Positions 21,201-28,811 are shown, numbered from the stretch's first letter. The stretch is 64,000 bases of DNA from Polyangia bacterium (GCA_050304755.1 JBNLED010000095.1:7635-71634), one strand, 5' to 3'. Program-made: numbers and translations. Notes: generated by a model from the sequence alone, not told the origin.

Positions 21201-22619
21201 GAGGTGATGAAGGCGGACCTCCAGGACATCAGCGAGCTTGGCCGGCTCTTTGCCTTCCTCCAATATGGGGATGTAGAGCTCCGCCGCGTCCAGGTTCTCG
21301 GGATCCAGGGACAGGATGGTCTCGTAGGATGACGCCGCGCGATCGGTGCGGGACTTCTTCTCGCTCCAGAGCTCCGCCACCTTGAAGTACATACTAATTT
21401 TGGTGGCGACCTCCGTGGTGTCCCGATCCGCCTCCCGCTCCAGAATCCGGATGAACTCATCCCACTTTCCGCTAGTGTCGTAGAACGCCTCAAGGTCGTC
21501 CCACGCCTGGGCCGCGAGATAACGCTTCTTGAGCTGCTCCTGCGCCCGTCTGTCGTTCGGGTTCATCTCGAGCAGGGTCTTCCACGCCTCTATCGCCTTG
21601 GCGTTGTCCCCGATGCGGTCACCATAGACCTGCCCCAGCTTCTGGAGCATCTGTGTCTGTTGCGCCGGGTCGACAACGCTCTCCAGCTGCCTGGACAGCA
21701 CCACCGCCAGCTTCTCCCACTCCTTGGCGCGCTCATAGAGGCTGCTCAGCTCGTTCAGGGCACTTTCGTTCTCGGGATCCACATTGAGGACCGCCTCCCA
21801 GCGCTCAATGCAGATATTGGGCCGCTTGAGACGATCGGACGCCAACTGGGCGATCTGCAGATACCCATCAATCCTGGCGGATTCATCATCGAGCTGCTCG
21901 ATCTCTTTCTCCATCACGCCGATGAGCTTCTCCCAATCCCTCCGCTTCTCATACATCCCCTTGAGGAACTCGAGCGCCTCTGAATGATAAGGATCGACCG
22001 CCAACACCTCCTCAAAGGCCTTGATGGTCTCGGCCTGATTCGAGAAACGGTTGAGGAAGAGCTTGGCCACCACCAACCAGACCCCGACCTTCTCCTCAGG
22101 ATCCGTAACCGCCGCCCCCTTGAGCTTCATCATCTTGACGAGATCCGGCCACCGCTCCATCGATTCGTATTTGTCGATTGCGGCGTTGATCGCGGGCAGG
22201 TAGTCCGATTTGAATTTGAGGATGGCCTGATAGGTATTGACCACCATCACATCCTGTTTCATGCGCTCATCATAAAGCGACGCCAGGGTCATCAGCACGT
22301 TGATCTTGCGGGGGCTGTCCTTGAGAGTATTGCCGTTCTTCTTCAGGAAATCCGCGAGCTGCGGCCATTTTCCCGTGTTCTCGAAAAGGCGCATCAGGGC
22401 GTCGACCACCTCCTGATGCCCGGGCGAGACCGACCATGCTTCCTGCCACGCGGCGATCCCCGCGTCGTCCCCCTCCATCTCAGCCGCGGTGGCGTTGTCG
22501 AACGCCTCTTTCATCTCAGGGGTCAACTCTTCCTCTTCCTGGGAAGATGCTGCGGCCAGTTCCTCTTCCTCCGCTATTACTTCTCGTCCATCCTCGCGCG
22601 ATTCGCCGTCAATCGTCAT
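12207..22619 (-). CDS. Giant tetratricopeptide-repeat protein (~3,470 aa; the ORF extends to 22733 = 3,508 aa), TPR array throughout plus a ~330-aa C-terminal non-TPR domain
   Basis: Single uninterrupted ORF of 10.5 kb. Recurrent 34-aa TPR signatures (W-LG-Y-A-F-A-P patterns, e.g. AIEAWKTLLEMNPNDRRAQEQLKKRY, ALKYYDEILTLDPKNQRAVAALEKLY) across >90 repeats. Start preferred at ATG 22619 (GAGGAGA RBS 6 nt upstream) over 22652 or 22733. Confidence 0.85.
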   Translation of the reverse strand: MTIDGESREDGREVIAEEEELAAASSQEEEELTPEMKEAFDNATAAEMEGDDAGIAAWQEAWSVSPGHQEVVDALMRLFENTGKWPQLADFLKKNGNTLKDSPRKINVLMTLASLYDERMKQDVMVVNTYQAILKFKSDYLPAINAAIDKYESMERWPDLVKMMKLKGAAVTDPEEKVGVWLVVAKLFLNRFSNQAETIKAFEEVLAVDPYHSEALEFLKGMYEKRRDWEKLIGVMEKEIEQLDDESARIDGYLQIAQLASDRLKRPNICIERWEAVLNVDPENESALNELSSLYERAKEWEKLAVVLSRQLESVVDPAQQTQMLQKLGQVYGDRIGDNAKAIEAWKTLLEMNPNDRRAQEQLKKRYLAAQAWDDLEAFYDTSGKWDEFIRILEREADRDTTEVATKISMYFKVAELWSEKKSRTDRAASSYETILSLDPENLDAAELYIPILEEGKEPAKLADVLEVRLHHLEDIVDKIELTRRIATLAEEEIGDAGRAFKGFLSVFELSPEDEQSSEDMERLAGKTGEWETVVETYRSLLEDADDAASINLKLKIARILDDELNQRDDALKYYDEILTLDPKNQRAVAALEKLYAHMGRYEELLDIYARRLEMAEDDTERQEILYNQALLWEEEVKDNEKAITVLNQLIEMAGDDPRSLSSLDRLYLVEERWTDLSDVIRRQLDLGMVEPELELELKFRQGQVSEQHLNDRVKAMECYREILEVDPEYADAVSALEAMLDDEGQQAEAAKVLSLYYEEHEEWEKLVGSLEILVRHATDELERYELLIREGALYSENLMSPERAFVAYSRAFKQRPTEPEALERLEEITNILDSWSELVDLLAEGGQGTRDLQTAKDLWIRAARIYETQLDDVDKAVYAYNQAMAADPQNSESVAALEGIYNRTERWDELIEIYKTKVEITDDIEAKEQIYLQMSMIFEEMLDRPEDAITCLKEVLGFDPANMGALKELDKLFRQLERWTDLADNLQAQLSMGEDAEETIALNLRLAELNEKQLGQIGAAIEIYREVLNVDASNEKAIEALEGIIENLEFRRDVADILQPIYEALGIWEKLVNVYEIMVDTEDSAGRKVELLHQVAALWETEGDDPERAFTTFGRALSIDPAEDSTQEELERLARILVLYDDLAALYARIVDTIDTYDLKAYYHLKIARVFEDNLQDMDNAIKHYRAVLEVDPMHLEAATALEGAYQITENYEDLAIIYQKKVDIVADIEEQKDMLFKASRIYEEYMGNIDKAIEVYRRILEIDEDDLQAITQIEALYLKLERWDDLQEIYNKKVDLVETSEEKREVLYVLGSVYEQEVGDIDKAITTYQRVLEFDPDDVQSVHRLDCLYTQKEEWHDLLSILERRIELSGDPDEAISFQYRVGELYVRHLDDISRAVDYFREILTLSPDHEPSLAILEELIHTDEGAMLAAEVLEPIYHDMGEWRKLIEVLDVKLRHAESEIDKVELLHRIAEMMESDLYLDVPEEAFDVYARALAEDRTNERTLEKLEELASQTDRWKDLAMLMDKELEQIVDAEQAILIGLKAGVIYEEKLNDSDEAILRYRKVLEFDDQNREALQCLDRLFHIQERWGDLTEILEKEAAIAEDPEEGLELQFRMGQVYQQELQQIDKAIETYRDILAADPAHESSSSALEFLFAEGGRRTDIAGVLEPIYRMHSEWEKLVRLYEAQLEDIEDTHDMVSLMHRMAEIQEERALDAVEAFNWYCKAFSADPLNERSGEEVERLASAVDGWVELADLYQDLFLRNEDPGIKILCAKRLAVVAEEHLSDIARAEQAYRGCLDHGGDDLDVLTALDRIYTQYMEWERLAGILFKLAEIVPDVEEKIAYTNRLGAVYSTEIGDAEKARECFHRVIDEYDPHNSEALEHLEIVYADQEAWSELYEIYSHMKDGTDDEQELADLYSKLATISADCLNDIPQSTELWNKVLELRGEDTFALESLAELHARQENWSDLVEILDRAVTVAEDDETRVRIYSQLGLVWGECLQRDKNALENWENVLSIEPENMPALKAIAQIHEANKDWDQLLNTLDTIITVGTSVFEEEELKGYYAKQGAIFSDILDQPLEAIDSWRNAYDVDPSDLKIYEALEKLYTDQEMWEDQVDLLREKAQILEGEKRIETLLYQASVFEEQIGEPLRAKQAYIGILEVDQLHDLAFQKLVEIETEEENWDELNQYYYGRLGMIEDIEQRIDIYRKVADIFEEKLEQPDNAFVVMLRAFQEDYVNDDTAAYLERLASVTGRWEELLQAANQVLAAVEKRDVQISLCLKIGKWYADKLDNPEYALACYQRVLQLDSENATALQLTGHLYRANKQWDEYVEVLKRAVDFEKEDEKRKDLLVELGEVYEEYLGDIPEARTAFQQAVALDPGLEKAIDALERIYGASENWRELITVLRRKIEVLEEPDEIISTHIRIGEIYEDNLDEAQAAVDEYRKALDIEESHVAALKGLERLYDKLERWQDLMDVLEIQLEYASSERERIDLLSRIAEMLEKEFLKPDRAAGRYEEILEIDPAQIESLDALERIYKQTGRWQDLIATLERHIEVVPDRMDRIGFYEQMGDVWASELKDADKAIEMYMEILDIDPDHIDALDNLAQLQAQNEDWGAAHDTLERLAQTVDDPDRKIDLYYRLGKINEENLMNREIAVEHFRSALDVEPGHLQSLEALRKIYLDEGDWVAGARALESEQEYTDNSRKRSKLQYELGALYSGKLGEEKLAVEWYEKALASDPDNQAAADPLVDVYIAEERYAEAEPLLDMLVRLGGRRSSSETQILQRKLGLVADKVGNLDKALKAYQAAYESDTSHLPTLLKLADVYFRKETWDKAFKFYQMVLVHHRDKQRKPEIVEIFYRLGHIKAQVKERRKALNMFDKALEIDPGHVPTLEEVIELHDAGKNFEQVIHFKKELLNAVDEEERFETLVEIGDIWQGKLRNTQKAISAYVEALDIDPDNRPVLHKVLPLYQSTKQWQKVVDIIRRVAEMEEDGEKLGRLYYSMGVIYRDEIKNAEEAVACFNLSLDASITELKAFEAIDRILTQRKDWKNLERAYRKMLHRITGTGRPDLEINLWHFLGEIYRTRMQQFEPAAEAFKMASNLDPDNVVRHEILAELYVSLPGRMDDAVKEYQWMIKNNPYKVESYKALRKLYFDNRQYDKAWCLCATLAFLKKADADEQQFFEQYRAKGMIRAQSRLDNEKWFKYVFHPNESIFVGKILEAVTNVVRSYKVQPTKAFGLKKGQKRPVNDTMMFSKTFFYAAQVLNLPVPPDLYVQEDSAGGLNFAITEPMASVCGASLLSGYSPQDLLFMVTKHLNYYRPEHYIRWVLPTHGELKTLLLAALKIGKPDFNLPADRTGVLDQYVKQLQGRMQPMEREALGSVVKRFLKAGENIDVKKWINAVELTGCRAGFLMCNDLEIAARMVQSESATVDEMPPKEKIKELVVFSVSEEYFKLRETLGITIST

Positions 22620-22996
22620 CTCATTCTCCTCGAAGAGTTTCCCCGCCAACATGTCTGTCTGATTTGTTGTGGAGAAGCTGATAATACAAATTGGTATGCC
22701 TGCTTGGCGTGCCAAAGGACAGTTTTGGCTCACCAGTCATCCTGCATTCCCTCGATGGTGCGCCTCCCTGGAAACCGGGGAGATCTCTGGTAATGGATTC
22801 AATCTGCCGACCGTGCTCCCGCTCGCTATACAAATACATCGAAAAAAACGGGCTCAATTCTTTCCAGTATGTAGCTCCTGGATCTCTCATTATCCGGCCT
22901 GTGTTTTCCAAATACTTGAAACCGCTTGAATAAATCGCCTTCCCTACTTGCCTCGGGGTCTACCGAAGCGACGAAGCGATTTCATACCTGATACTA

Positions 22997-23878
22997 TCAT
23001 TTATATGGCGTGCCGTTTTCGATCTCCGCCAAACGGGCCGACGCCGCGGCCAAATAGTCCGGTCTGGTCTTCTGGCTCGCGCTCTGCATGAACTTGTTGA
23101 GCCAGATCTTGGCATTCTCCGGATTGGTGTAGGAGTAGGTCCACCCCAGGCTGAACATGGCGTCTTCCATGTTCGGCTTGATCTCCATGGCCTGCCGGAA
23201 CTCCGCGACCGCCGCCTCGTACTCCTTCTTCTCCGCGAGCACCGTGCCCAGACGGTGGTGCAGCACCGCGAGCTCATCTCCCCTGCCCTCGAGGGCCTTG
23301 ATGCCCTCCCGGAACACCTGCTCCGCCTGCGCCAGGAAATGGAAATCGGCATAGAGGCCGCCGAGCTCCCGATAGGCCTCGAAGAACCGCGGATTCTTCA
23401 TGATTGTGTCGGTGTATTTCTGGAGCGCGTTCTGGGGGTCGTCCATTTTCTCGAAAACGACCCCGAGACGGTAGTGGGCTTTGAAGAGTGTATCGTCGAG
23501 CTCAATGGCCTTCACCAAGGCGCTCGCGGCCTGCTCCGGTTTCCCGGCCCATTGATACACCTCCCCGAGCTGGTAGTGCCAGAGGGCGACGCTGCCGTCC
23601 AGGGAGATGGCCTTGGAAAGATGGCGGGCGGCCTGGTCATACTCCTTGGTCTCGATGTACACCATCGCTAGATTGTGGTGAGCCTTCTCGTTTTCCGGAT
23701 CCAGGCTCACGGCCTTGCTGCAGTCGCGAATGGCCTGAGGATATAGCTGACGCCGATGGTACTCGACGCACTTGTTCATCATCTCCACCGACTGAACATG
23801 CTCGCGGCTGCACTTCGCTCCGGAAAGAATGAGAAGTGTTCCAGCTGCACAAATTGCCAAAATGACTTTCCTGCCCAT
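22997..23878 (-). CDS. TPR-repeat secreted protein or lipoprotein
   Basis: AGGAGA RBS. Signal peptide MGRKVILAICAAGTLLILSGAKC followed by ~7 TPR units (AHHNLAMVYIETKEYDQAARHLSKAISLD...). Confidence 0.7.
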   Translation of the reverse strand: MGRKVILAICAAGTLLILSGAKCSREHVQSVEMMNKCVEYHRRQLYPQAIRDCSKAVSLDPENEKAHHNLAMVYIETKEYDQAARHLSKAISLDGSVALWHYQLGEVYQWAGKPEQAASALVKAIELDDTLFKAHYRLGVVFEKMDDPQNALQKYTDTIMKNPRFFEAYRELGGLYADFHFLAQAEQVFREGIKALEGRGDELAVLHHRLGTVLAEKKEYEAAVAEFRQAMEIKPNMEDAMFSLGWTYSYTNPENAKIWLNKFMQSASQKTRPDYLAAASARLAEIENGTPYK

Positions 23879-24015
23879 CTTTTTTTCTCCTAGTTTGAGT
23901 TCAAAAATCAAAAGATTTTATAAAGACGTATTTAAGATGTAAAGCCCTTAAACGAGATCAATATAGCAAAAACACAGCGTTGACCAAATTTAGTTTTCGA
24001 GGATCGACAAGCCTG

Positions 24016-24753
24016 TCAACTACCCAATTTTATGATTTTTCCCGACTTATCGTGTTTATACCCCTTGGGCAATATCGCATCGACCTTCTTCTTGAAGCCC
24101 GTAGTCGGCCACTCCAGACGAGAAAACGCATCCACCACCTCGTTCCGCACGCGGATACTCTCATCCTCACACATCGTCTTCAGCAGCGGCTCCCTCGCCA
24201 CGTCCATCCCCTGCTTGGTCAGCGCAACCACGGTCTGATATCGCACCGTTTCGTCCACATCCTCCAGGAACCGAAGGAGCGACTTGGCCACATCGATATG
24301 CTCTATTTCTGCGAGCGCCATGACGGTTTGTAGCTTACGATCCGGATTTTTTTCATATTCGGTATCGAAATCTTCCAGAATCTCCAGGAGCTCCGTCTTG
24401 TACTCCTCGTCTGAAACAATGGCTTTCAAGGTGCGTAGAACCCAGCTGACGCTCTCCAGACTTCTCAGAGCGCGCTTGATCTGAGGCAACGCATCCCGGC
24501 CAATATCGATAATGGCGTCGTAAACCCACTCCTTTTCCCGCTCGTCTTCCATGCTCGGCTCGGCCACCACCGTGAACCGCTTGAGCAGACCGGCGATCGC
24601 CGTATCATTCCCCGACTTGGCGGCCTGGATGACATTCTGAAGCGAAATCTGGCGATAGTCTTTGGGTTTGAATTTGTTGTTTGCGCTTCGAATATCGCGG
24701 TCCAAACGATTCCTACGCCGTTTGTCCGCTGATAGAAAATCAAAAAATCCCAT
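24016..24753 (-). CDS. HEAT-repeat (PBS-lyase-like) protein
   Basis: Repeated DxxxxVRxxAxxAL motifs (DVDETVRYQTVVALTK, DESIRVRNEVVDAFSRL), 245 aa, all alpha-helical. Confidence 0.6.
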   Translation of the reverse strand: MGFFDFLSADKRRRNRLDRDIRSANNKFKPKDYRQISLQNVIQAAKSGNDTAIAGLLKRFTVVAEPSMEDEREKEWVYDAIIDIGRDALPQIKRALRSLESVSWVLRTLKAIVSDEEYKTELLEILEDFDTEYEKNPDRKLQTVMALAEIEHIDVAKSLLRFLEDVDETVRYQTVVALTKQGMDVAREPLLKTMCEDESIRVRNEVVDAFSRLEWPTTGFKKKVDAILPKGYKHDKSGKIIKLGS

Positions 24754-24814
24754 TCCGTCTCTATATCGAAATACACAAAGATATTCTACTTATATTTGCT
24801 TATTTTGTCGTAGA

Positions 24815-25025
24815 GGGTCGAATCGCGCATTCGCCTGAATCATTTGTTGTAGGGGGGAAGCTTGGATTCACCCAGAAGTTGCATTCGCCCGAATCGGACC
24901 GTAACCGGGCGATCACGAGGATCGCCTCTAAAGACCATCCGCCCGGTTCACAACCGGGCGATCACGAGGATCGCCCCTACAAACGATGTTGGTTCTGTCC
25001 GTAGGGGCGAATCTTGTTTTCACCC
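24815..25025. repeat. REP-like GC-rich hairpin repeat cluster (locus B), same family as 12060-12205 in inverted orientation
   Basis: Two copies of ccgggcgatcacgaggatcgcc (24905-24926 and 24954-24975, 7-bp stem ggcgatc/gatcgcc) at a 49-nt spacing. gtaggggcgaatcttgttt (25001-25019) is the reverse complement of gggcgaaacaagattcgcccctac at 12132. ttcgcccgaatcgg at 24884. Related gtagagggtcgaatcgcgcattcgcc and gtaggggggaagcttggattcaccc copies at 24820-24874. Confidence 0.6.
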
Positions 25026-25105
25026 TGGTTTTCAAAAGTTAATAATGTTGCATATCTAAGACTTGCGATGAAAACATCATGTTCTGCTTGAGGTGCGCTC
25101 TTCCC

Positions 25106-26335
25106 TTAGACATCAGGGTCTTCGTTTGCGGAGCCCTCTTCTTCGTCCTCTGTCAACGCACCAATCATTTGATTGATACGGAAGCTCAGCCCTCCGACTT
25201 CGGAGGATTTCACGTCAAAACGGTACTGGTATTCACCATTGATGACCTTCAACACCCCCTCCTCAATCTCGATGATGGGCTTCATGAAGTGGTTGGCGAG
25301 GAGCATTCCGCTGACAAAGACAATCAGCAATGTGATGGCCATCGCAACGAGAATACTCTTTATTCCCCGGAGGTTTTGGAAAGATTTGTCGACGGAGGCC
25401 ATCATCAGGGTCGCCACCCTATCCTTGGTCTCGGCGTTGGTCATCGGAACGATCTGGGCCAGGTAGGCCCGATCCTCCACAACAAGATCAAAGACATCGG
25501 ATATCCTTCCCGCTTGGAGCGATTTATCCATTGATTTTATAATGTTCGCTTTGGTGAGGGTTTTCTCCAGACTCTCCCTCGCGGTCTCGGTTCCGAGGGA
25601 TGTGCTGTAGACGGATTCCCCCTTCAGCACCGCGACCTCCATACTGGTCAACTTTGAATGTTTTGTCGCAGTGCCGTCCGAGATATCAAACCCCACCACG
25701 AGCGTCCCAGCGATATCATCTCCGAGCCAGATCGGCGCCGCCGCCAGCTCGAGCAAATCCGTGTTCATCAACTGACAATACTCTGAATTCTTTTTCTTCT
25801 TGCTGAACGGGGAGCTATCGTTGGACCATATCGCATAGGCCGCCTGGCCGTCCAGCGCCCGGGTCACGACGGACATGCCGTCAGCGACATTCTTTTTCAC
25901 CGGACACGCGTTGGGGGTCGTGTTGCGCGCCAAAGCCACGCCCCGCCGGTCGGTAATCAGCACCAAGTCCGGCCGCTTATGATATTTGCTCTGCCATTGA
26001 TCTGCATACTTTTCTATGGCTTGAACACATTTCTTAAACCATATTCTATGAATTTTCGCGTCGACCTGCGCTGAGGTCTGCCCCTCGTCCCGGTCCACCT
26101 CTACCTTTTCGAAAACGGTCACCATATCCCGGGACATGGCCTGGGCTCTGACATTGTTCAACAATTCGAACCCTCGAAGACCTTCAGATCTCGCAAAGAG
26201 CGCGGTGATGACCTGAAGATTCTCCCGGAGATCTTCTTTGGCCTTCTTCTGCAAGCGGTTGTCGAGATAGAAATAGCTCGCCACACCAAATAACAACACC
26301 GCAATAAAGTTGGGTAGGATTATTTTTACACGCAT
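25106..26335 (-). CDS. Membrane sensor protein: TM, ~280-aa periplasmic (Cache-like) domain, TM, HAMP domain, with no output domain
   Basis: AAGGAG RBS. TM1 ILPNFIAVLLFGVASYFYL, TM2 ILVAMAITLLIVFVSGMLLANHF, HAMP (MKPIIEIEEGVLKVINGEYQYRFDVKSSEVGGLSFRINQMIGAL), then an acidic tail and stop. The ORF ends at the edge of repeat locus B. Confidence 0.6.
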   Translation of the reverse strand: MRVKIILPNFIAVLLFGVASYFYLDNRLQKKAKEDLRENLQVITALFARSEGLRGFELLNNVRAQAMSRDMVTVFEKVEVDRDEGQTSAQVDAKIHRIWFKKCVQAIEKYADQWQSKYHKRPDLVLITDRRGVALARNTTPNACPVKKNVADGMSVVTRALDGQAAYAIWSNDSSPFSKKKKNSEYCQLMNTDLLELAAAPIWLGDDIAGTLVVGFDISDGTATKHSKLTSMEVAVLKGESVYSTSLGTETARESLEKTLTKANIIKSMDKSLQAGRISDVFDLVVEDRAYLAQIVPMTNAETKDRVATLMMASVDKSFQNLRGIKSILVAMAITLLIVFVSGMLLANHFMKPIIEIEEGVLKVINGEYQYRFDVKSSEVGGLSFRINQMIGALTEDEEEGSANEDPDV

Positions 26336-26634
26336 GTCGGCTCCTTATCTCTCCATCTCCCTTTCAACTAAAAGATTTAATATCAAAATCATATAGATAG
26401 ATTGGGTCCCATCCCACTGAAGACCTCATTGCACAAAGGTAAATCAAGTATACTTCAAATTCATCTACTCTGCATGGTGAACCGGCGTTTTCCTCCCATA
26501 GAGGCTTTCCTCATGAAGTGCACAATCTATTTTTTCATTGATATTATAGTGTGTTATAAAGTACTTATGATATATCAGGCTGCCGATTCGTGCCGGATTT
26601 GCTATATTGAGTTTGAAAGGATTGGGAGGTTCCC

Positions 26635-27195
26635 ATGTTGAGATTTTTCCTCTCCAAGCTTCGCGAGAGCCCCGGGCCACTAAAAGAGGCCCGGCTCGTC
26701 GCTTGTGATCTAGCAGAAGAAGTATTGGATATCGCCAAATATTACGTCAAACGAATTCGCCAGGGAGAAACAGAACAAGAGGGTTACAGACAGACGGTGG
26801 AAACCCCGCCGGAATCTGTGGGCCCTCCGGTTTCGCCGGCCGCACCTACACAGGAAGTCACTCCCCCCCCCCAGGAACGAACCCTGGAAATTTCCGAAGA
26901 ACTGGCCTCCGTGTTGGATATCCCGACCAATAAGAGAAAACAGGAGTTCAAGGTGTTGGCTATCCTGTGGGATGCCAATAAACGAAATATGGGCGTCCTC
27001 TCCGCGAAAGAGCTGTCTGAGCACGGTGCCAAGCTCGGGATCGTGATTCGCCACGAAAACGTACGCAAAATCATTCGAATGCGGCTGGAAAACTACGTCA
27101 GGACCATTCAGAACAGGGTGGGAAGAATTTCAGTTTACCACTATCATCTCACCCCCTCCGGCGAGCAGTATTTTAAAGATAAATACTTAAAATGA
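26635..27195 (+). CDS. Hypothetical protein with C-terminal winged-helix-like domain
   Basis: GGGAGG RBS 5 nt upstream. Pro-rich linker. The C-terminal KQEFKVLAILWDANKRNMGVLSAKELSEHGAKLGIVIRHENVRKIIRMRLENYVRTIQ resembles a wHTH. Lies directly upstream of the HD-GYP response regulator. Confidence 0.4.
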   Translation: MLRFFLSKLRESPGPLKEARLVACDLAEEVLDIAKYYVKRIRQGETEQEGYRQTVETPPESVGPPVSPAAPTQEVTPPPQERTLEISEELASVLDIPTNKRKQEFKVLAILWDANKRNMGVLSAKELSEHGAKLGIVIRHENVRKIIRMRLENYVRTIQNRVGRISVYHYHLTPSGEQYFKDKYLK

Positions 27196-27317
27196 GAAGT
27201 GTATACGATTTATAAAGCAGTAGTTCATTTGACACTGAGCCAGAAAAAGAAGTAAAAAGCTCTGGATCTGCTTGGCACTCTCGCCACGGCCGACAAGGCA
27301 AGGAGATTTGCTTCCGG

Positions 27318-28811
27318 ATGGCCCGAGACTCATCCCTCACGGAACCTTCCCCCCGTGTTCTCGTCGTCGATGACGAAAAAGTCATCAGAGAAATCCTCGC
27401 TGATTTTCTCTCTCTCGAGGGTTTCACGGTCGCCACCGCGCCGGATGCGAATTCCGCGCTTGAACGGCTGGGGCAGGAGAACTTCGATATGGTGATCTCC
27501 GACCTCAAGATGCCGAACATGAGCGGCCTGGAGCTCCTCGAGCAGATCAAGCTGAACCACGAAAATGTCCTGATTGTCATCATGACCGGGTTCGGAACCG
27601 TAGAGACCGCTATCGAAGCGATGAAGAAGGGAGCGTACGACTATATCCTCAAACCCTTTAACGTCGAGGAGGTCATCCATATCGTCCACCGGGGATTGGA
27701 AACCCAGCGGCTCATCTCCGAGAACATCCGCCTTCGGGAGATTGTATCCCTCCAGGAGCTCTCCCTCGAGCTGCAGGCGACCCTGTCTCTGAAGGAGGTC
27801 ATCGACTCCACGCTGGCCAAGTGTATCTCCAGCGTCGGATGCGCGCTCGCGACCCTGTATCTACTGAATGAGAAGACCAAGAAGTTCGAGGAGGGGGGAT
27901 TTCTGGTACACCCGGATGCGCCCCCCGGCTCCAGCGCGGGTCAGCTCCGTCTGGACAGAGTGCTGGACGAGCTGAAGGCGGGGGCTTTCGTGTTGGTCCA
28001 TGGGGAAATGGCGGCGGCCGAATATTTCATGAAGCCGCCGCAGAACCTGGTCTCTTTGATGTGTATCCCCCTGGTGGTCCGCCAGAACCAGATCGGCATC
28101 TTGACGCTATACTCCTTTATCTACGACATGCGGTTCACCGAGGGGCAGCGAAAGATGTTCTCGATGCTGGCCTCCCGCGCGGCGGCGGCGATCGACAACG
28201 CCCTCCTCTTCAACAACCTTCAGCAGACCTTCAGACAGACCATCCAGGGCTTGGCGCGCGCTATCGAGGCCATGGACAAGTACACCGCCGGTCATTCGGA
28301 TCGGGTGATGGTGTACGCCCGAATCACCGCCGAGCAGCTCGGCGAGCCGGCGGATCAAATCGAGCTGGTGGTCCAGGCAGGGGCTCTTCACGATATCGGA
28401 AAGCTGGGCTGTCACGCCAATTTGAACAAGGCCGGAAAGCTCACCAGCGAGGAGTACGGGATTTTCAAGGAGCATCCGAGCTACGGAAAGGAGATTATCA
28501 AGCCGATTTCCTTCTTGCACGCCATCGTCCCGGGGGTCCAGTTCCACCACGAAAGATGGGACGGCAAGGGGTACCCCCAGGGGCTCGCCGGCAAAGAGAT
28601 CCCCAAGATCGCCCGAATCCTGGCCGTGGCGGATGCCTACGACGCCATGACCTCGAACCGGGCCTATCGACAGGCGCTGACGCACAATGTCGCCATCCAG
28701 GAGATACGGCGCTGCTCCGGGAGCCAGTTCGATCCCGAGGTCGTGGAGGCCTTTGTCCTCGCCATCGAAAAGTATCGCGCCAAGCGGGGACACATCAGCC
28801 CCGAAGACTAA
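27318..28811 (+). CDS. Response regulator with receiver, GAF-like and HD-GYP (c-di-GMP phosphodiesterase) domains, RpfG-like
   Basis: REC: VLVVDDEKVIREILADFL...DMVISDLKMPNMSGLELL...YDYILKPF. HD-GYP: HSDRVMVYA...ALHDIGKL...HHERWDGKGYPQGLAG...AVADAYDAMTSNRAYR. Confidence 0.85.
   Translation: MARDSSLTEPSPRVLVVDDEKVIREILADFLSLEGFTVATAPDANSALERLGQENFDMVISDLKMPNMSGLELLEQIKLNHENVLIVIMTGFGTVETAIEAMKKGAYDYILKPFNVEEVIHIVHRGLETQRLISENIRLREIVSLQELSLELQATLSLKEVIDSTLAKCISSVGCALATLYLLNEKTKKFEEGGFLVHPDAPPGSSAGQLRLDRVLDELKAGAFVLVHGEMAAAEYFMKPPQNLVSLMCIPLVVRQNQIGILTLYSFIYDMRFTEGQRKMFSMLASRAAAAIDNALLFNNLQQTFRQTIQGLARAIEAMDKYTAGHSDRVMVYARITAEQLGEPADQIELVVQAGALHDIGKLGCHANLNKAGKLTSEEYGIFKEHPSYGKEIIKPISFLHAIVPGVQFHHERWDGKGYPQGLAGKEIPKIARILAVADAYDAMTSNRAYRQALTHNVAIQEIRRCSGSQFDPEVVEAFVLAIEKYRAKRGHISPED

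Noticed and set aside
12978-21332. Very long plus-strand ORFs (1315 aa at 12978-16925, plus 204-, 422- and 347-aa ORFs) antisense to the giant TPR gene
   Set aside because: They lie entirely inside a well-supported minus-strand gene. Their translations are low-complexity Arg/Gly/Pro/Leu-rich with no domain signal. This is typical shadow-ORF behaviour in high-GC DNA.
24884-25020. Possible CRISPR array, given the repeated palindromic ~22-nt units at ~50-nt spacing
   Set aside because: Only two full copies. The units are hairpin-forming (REP-like), the spacing sequences are themselves related repeats, and no cas genes or leader are present. Classified as REP/BIME-like instead.
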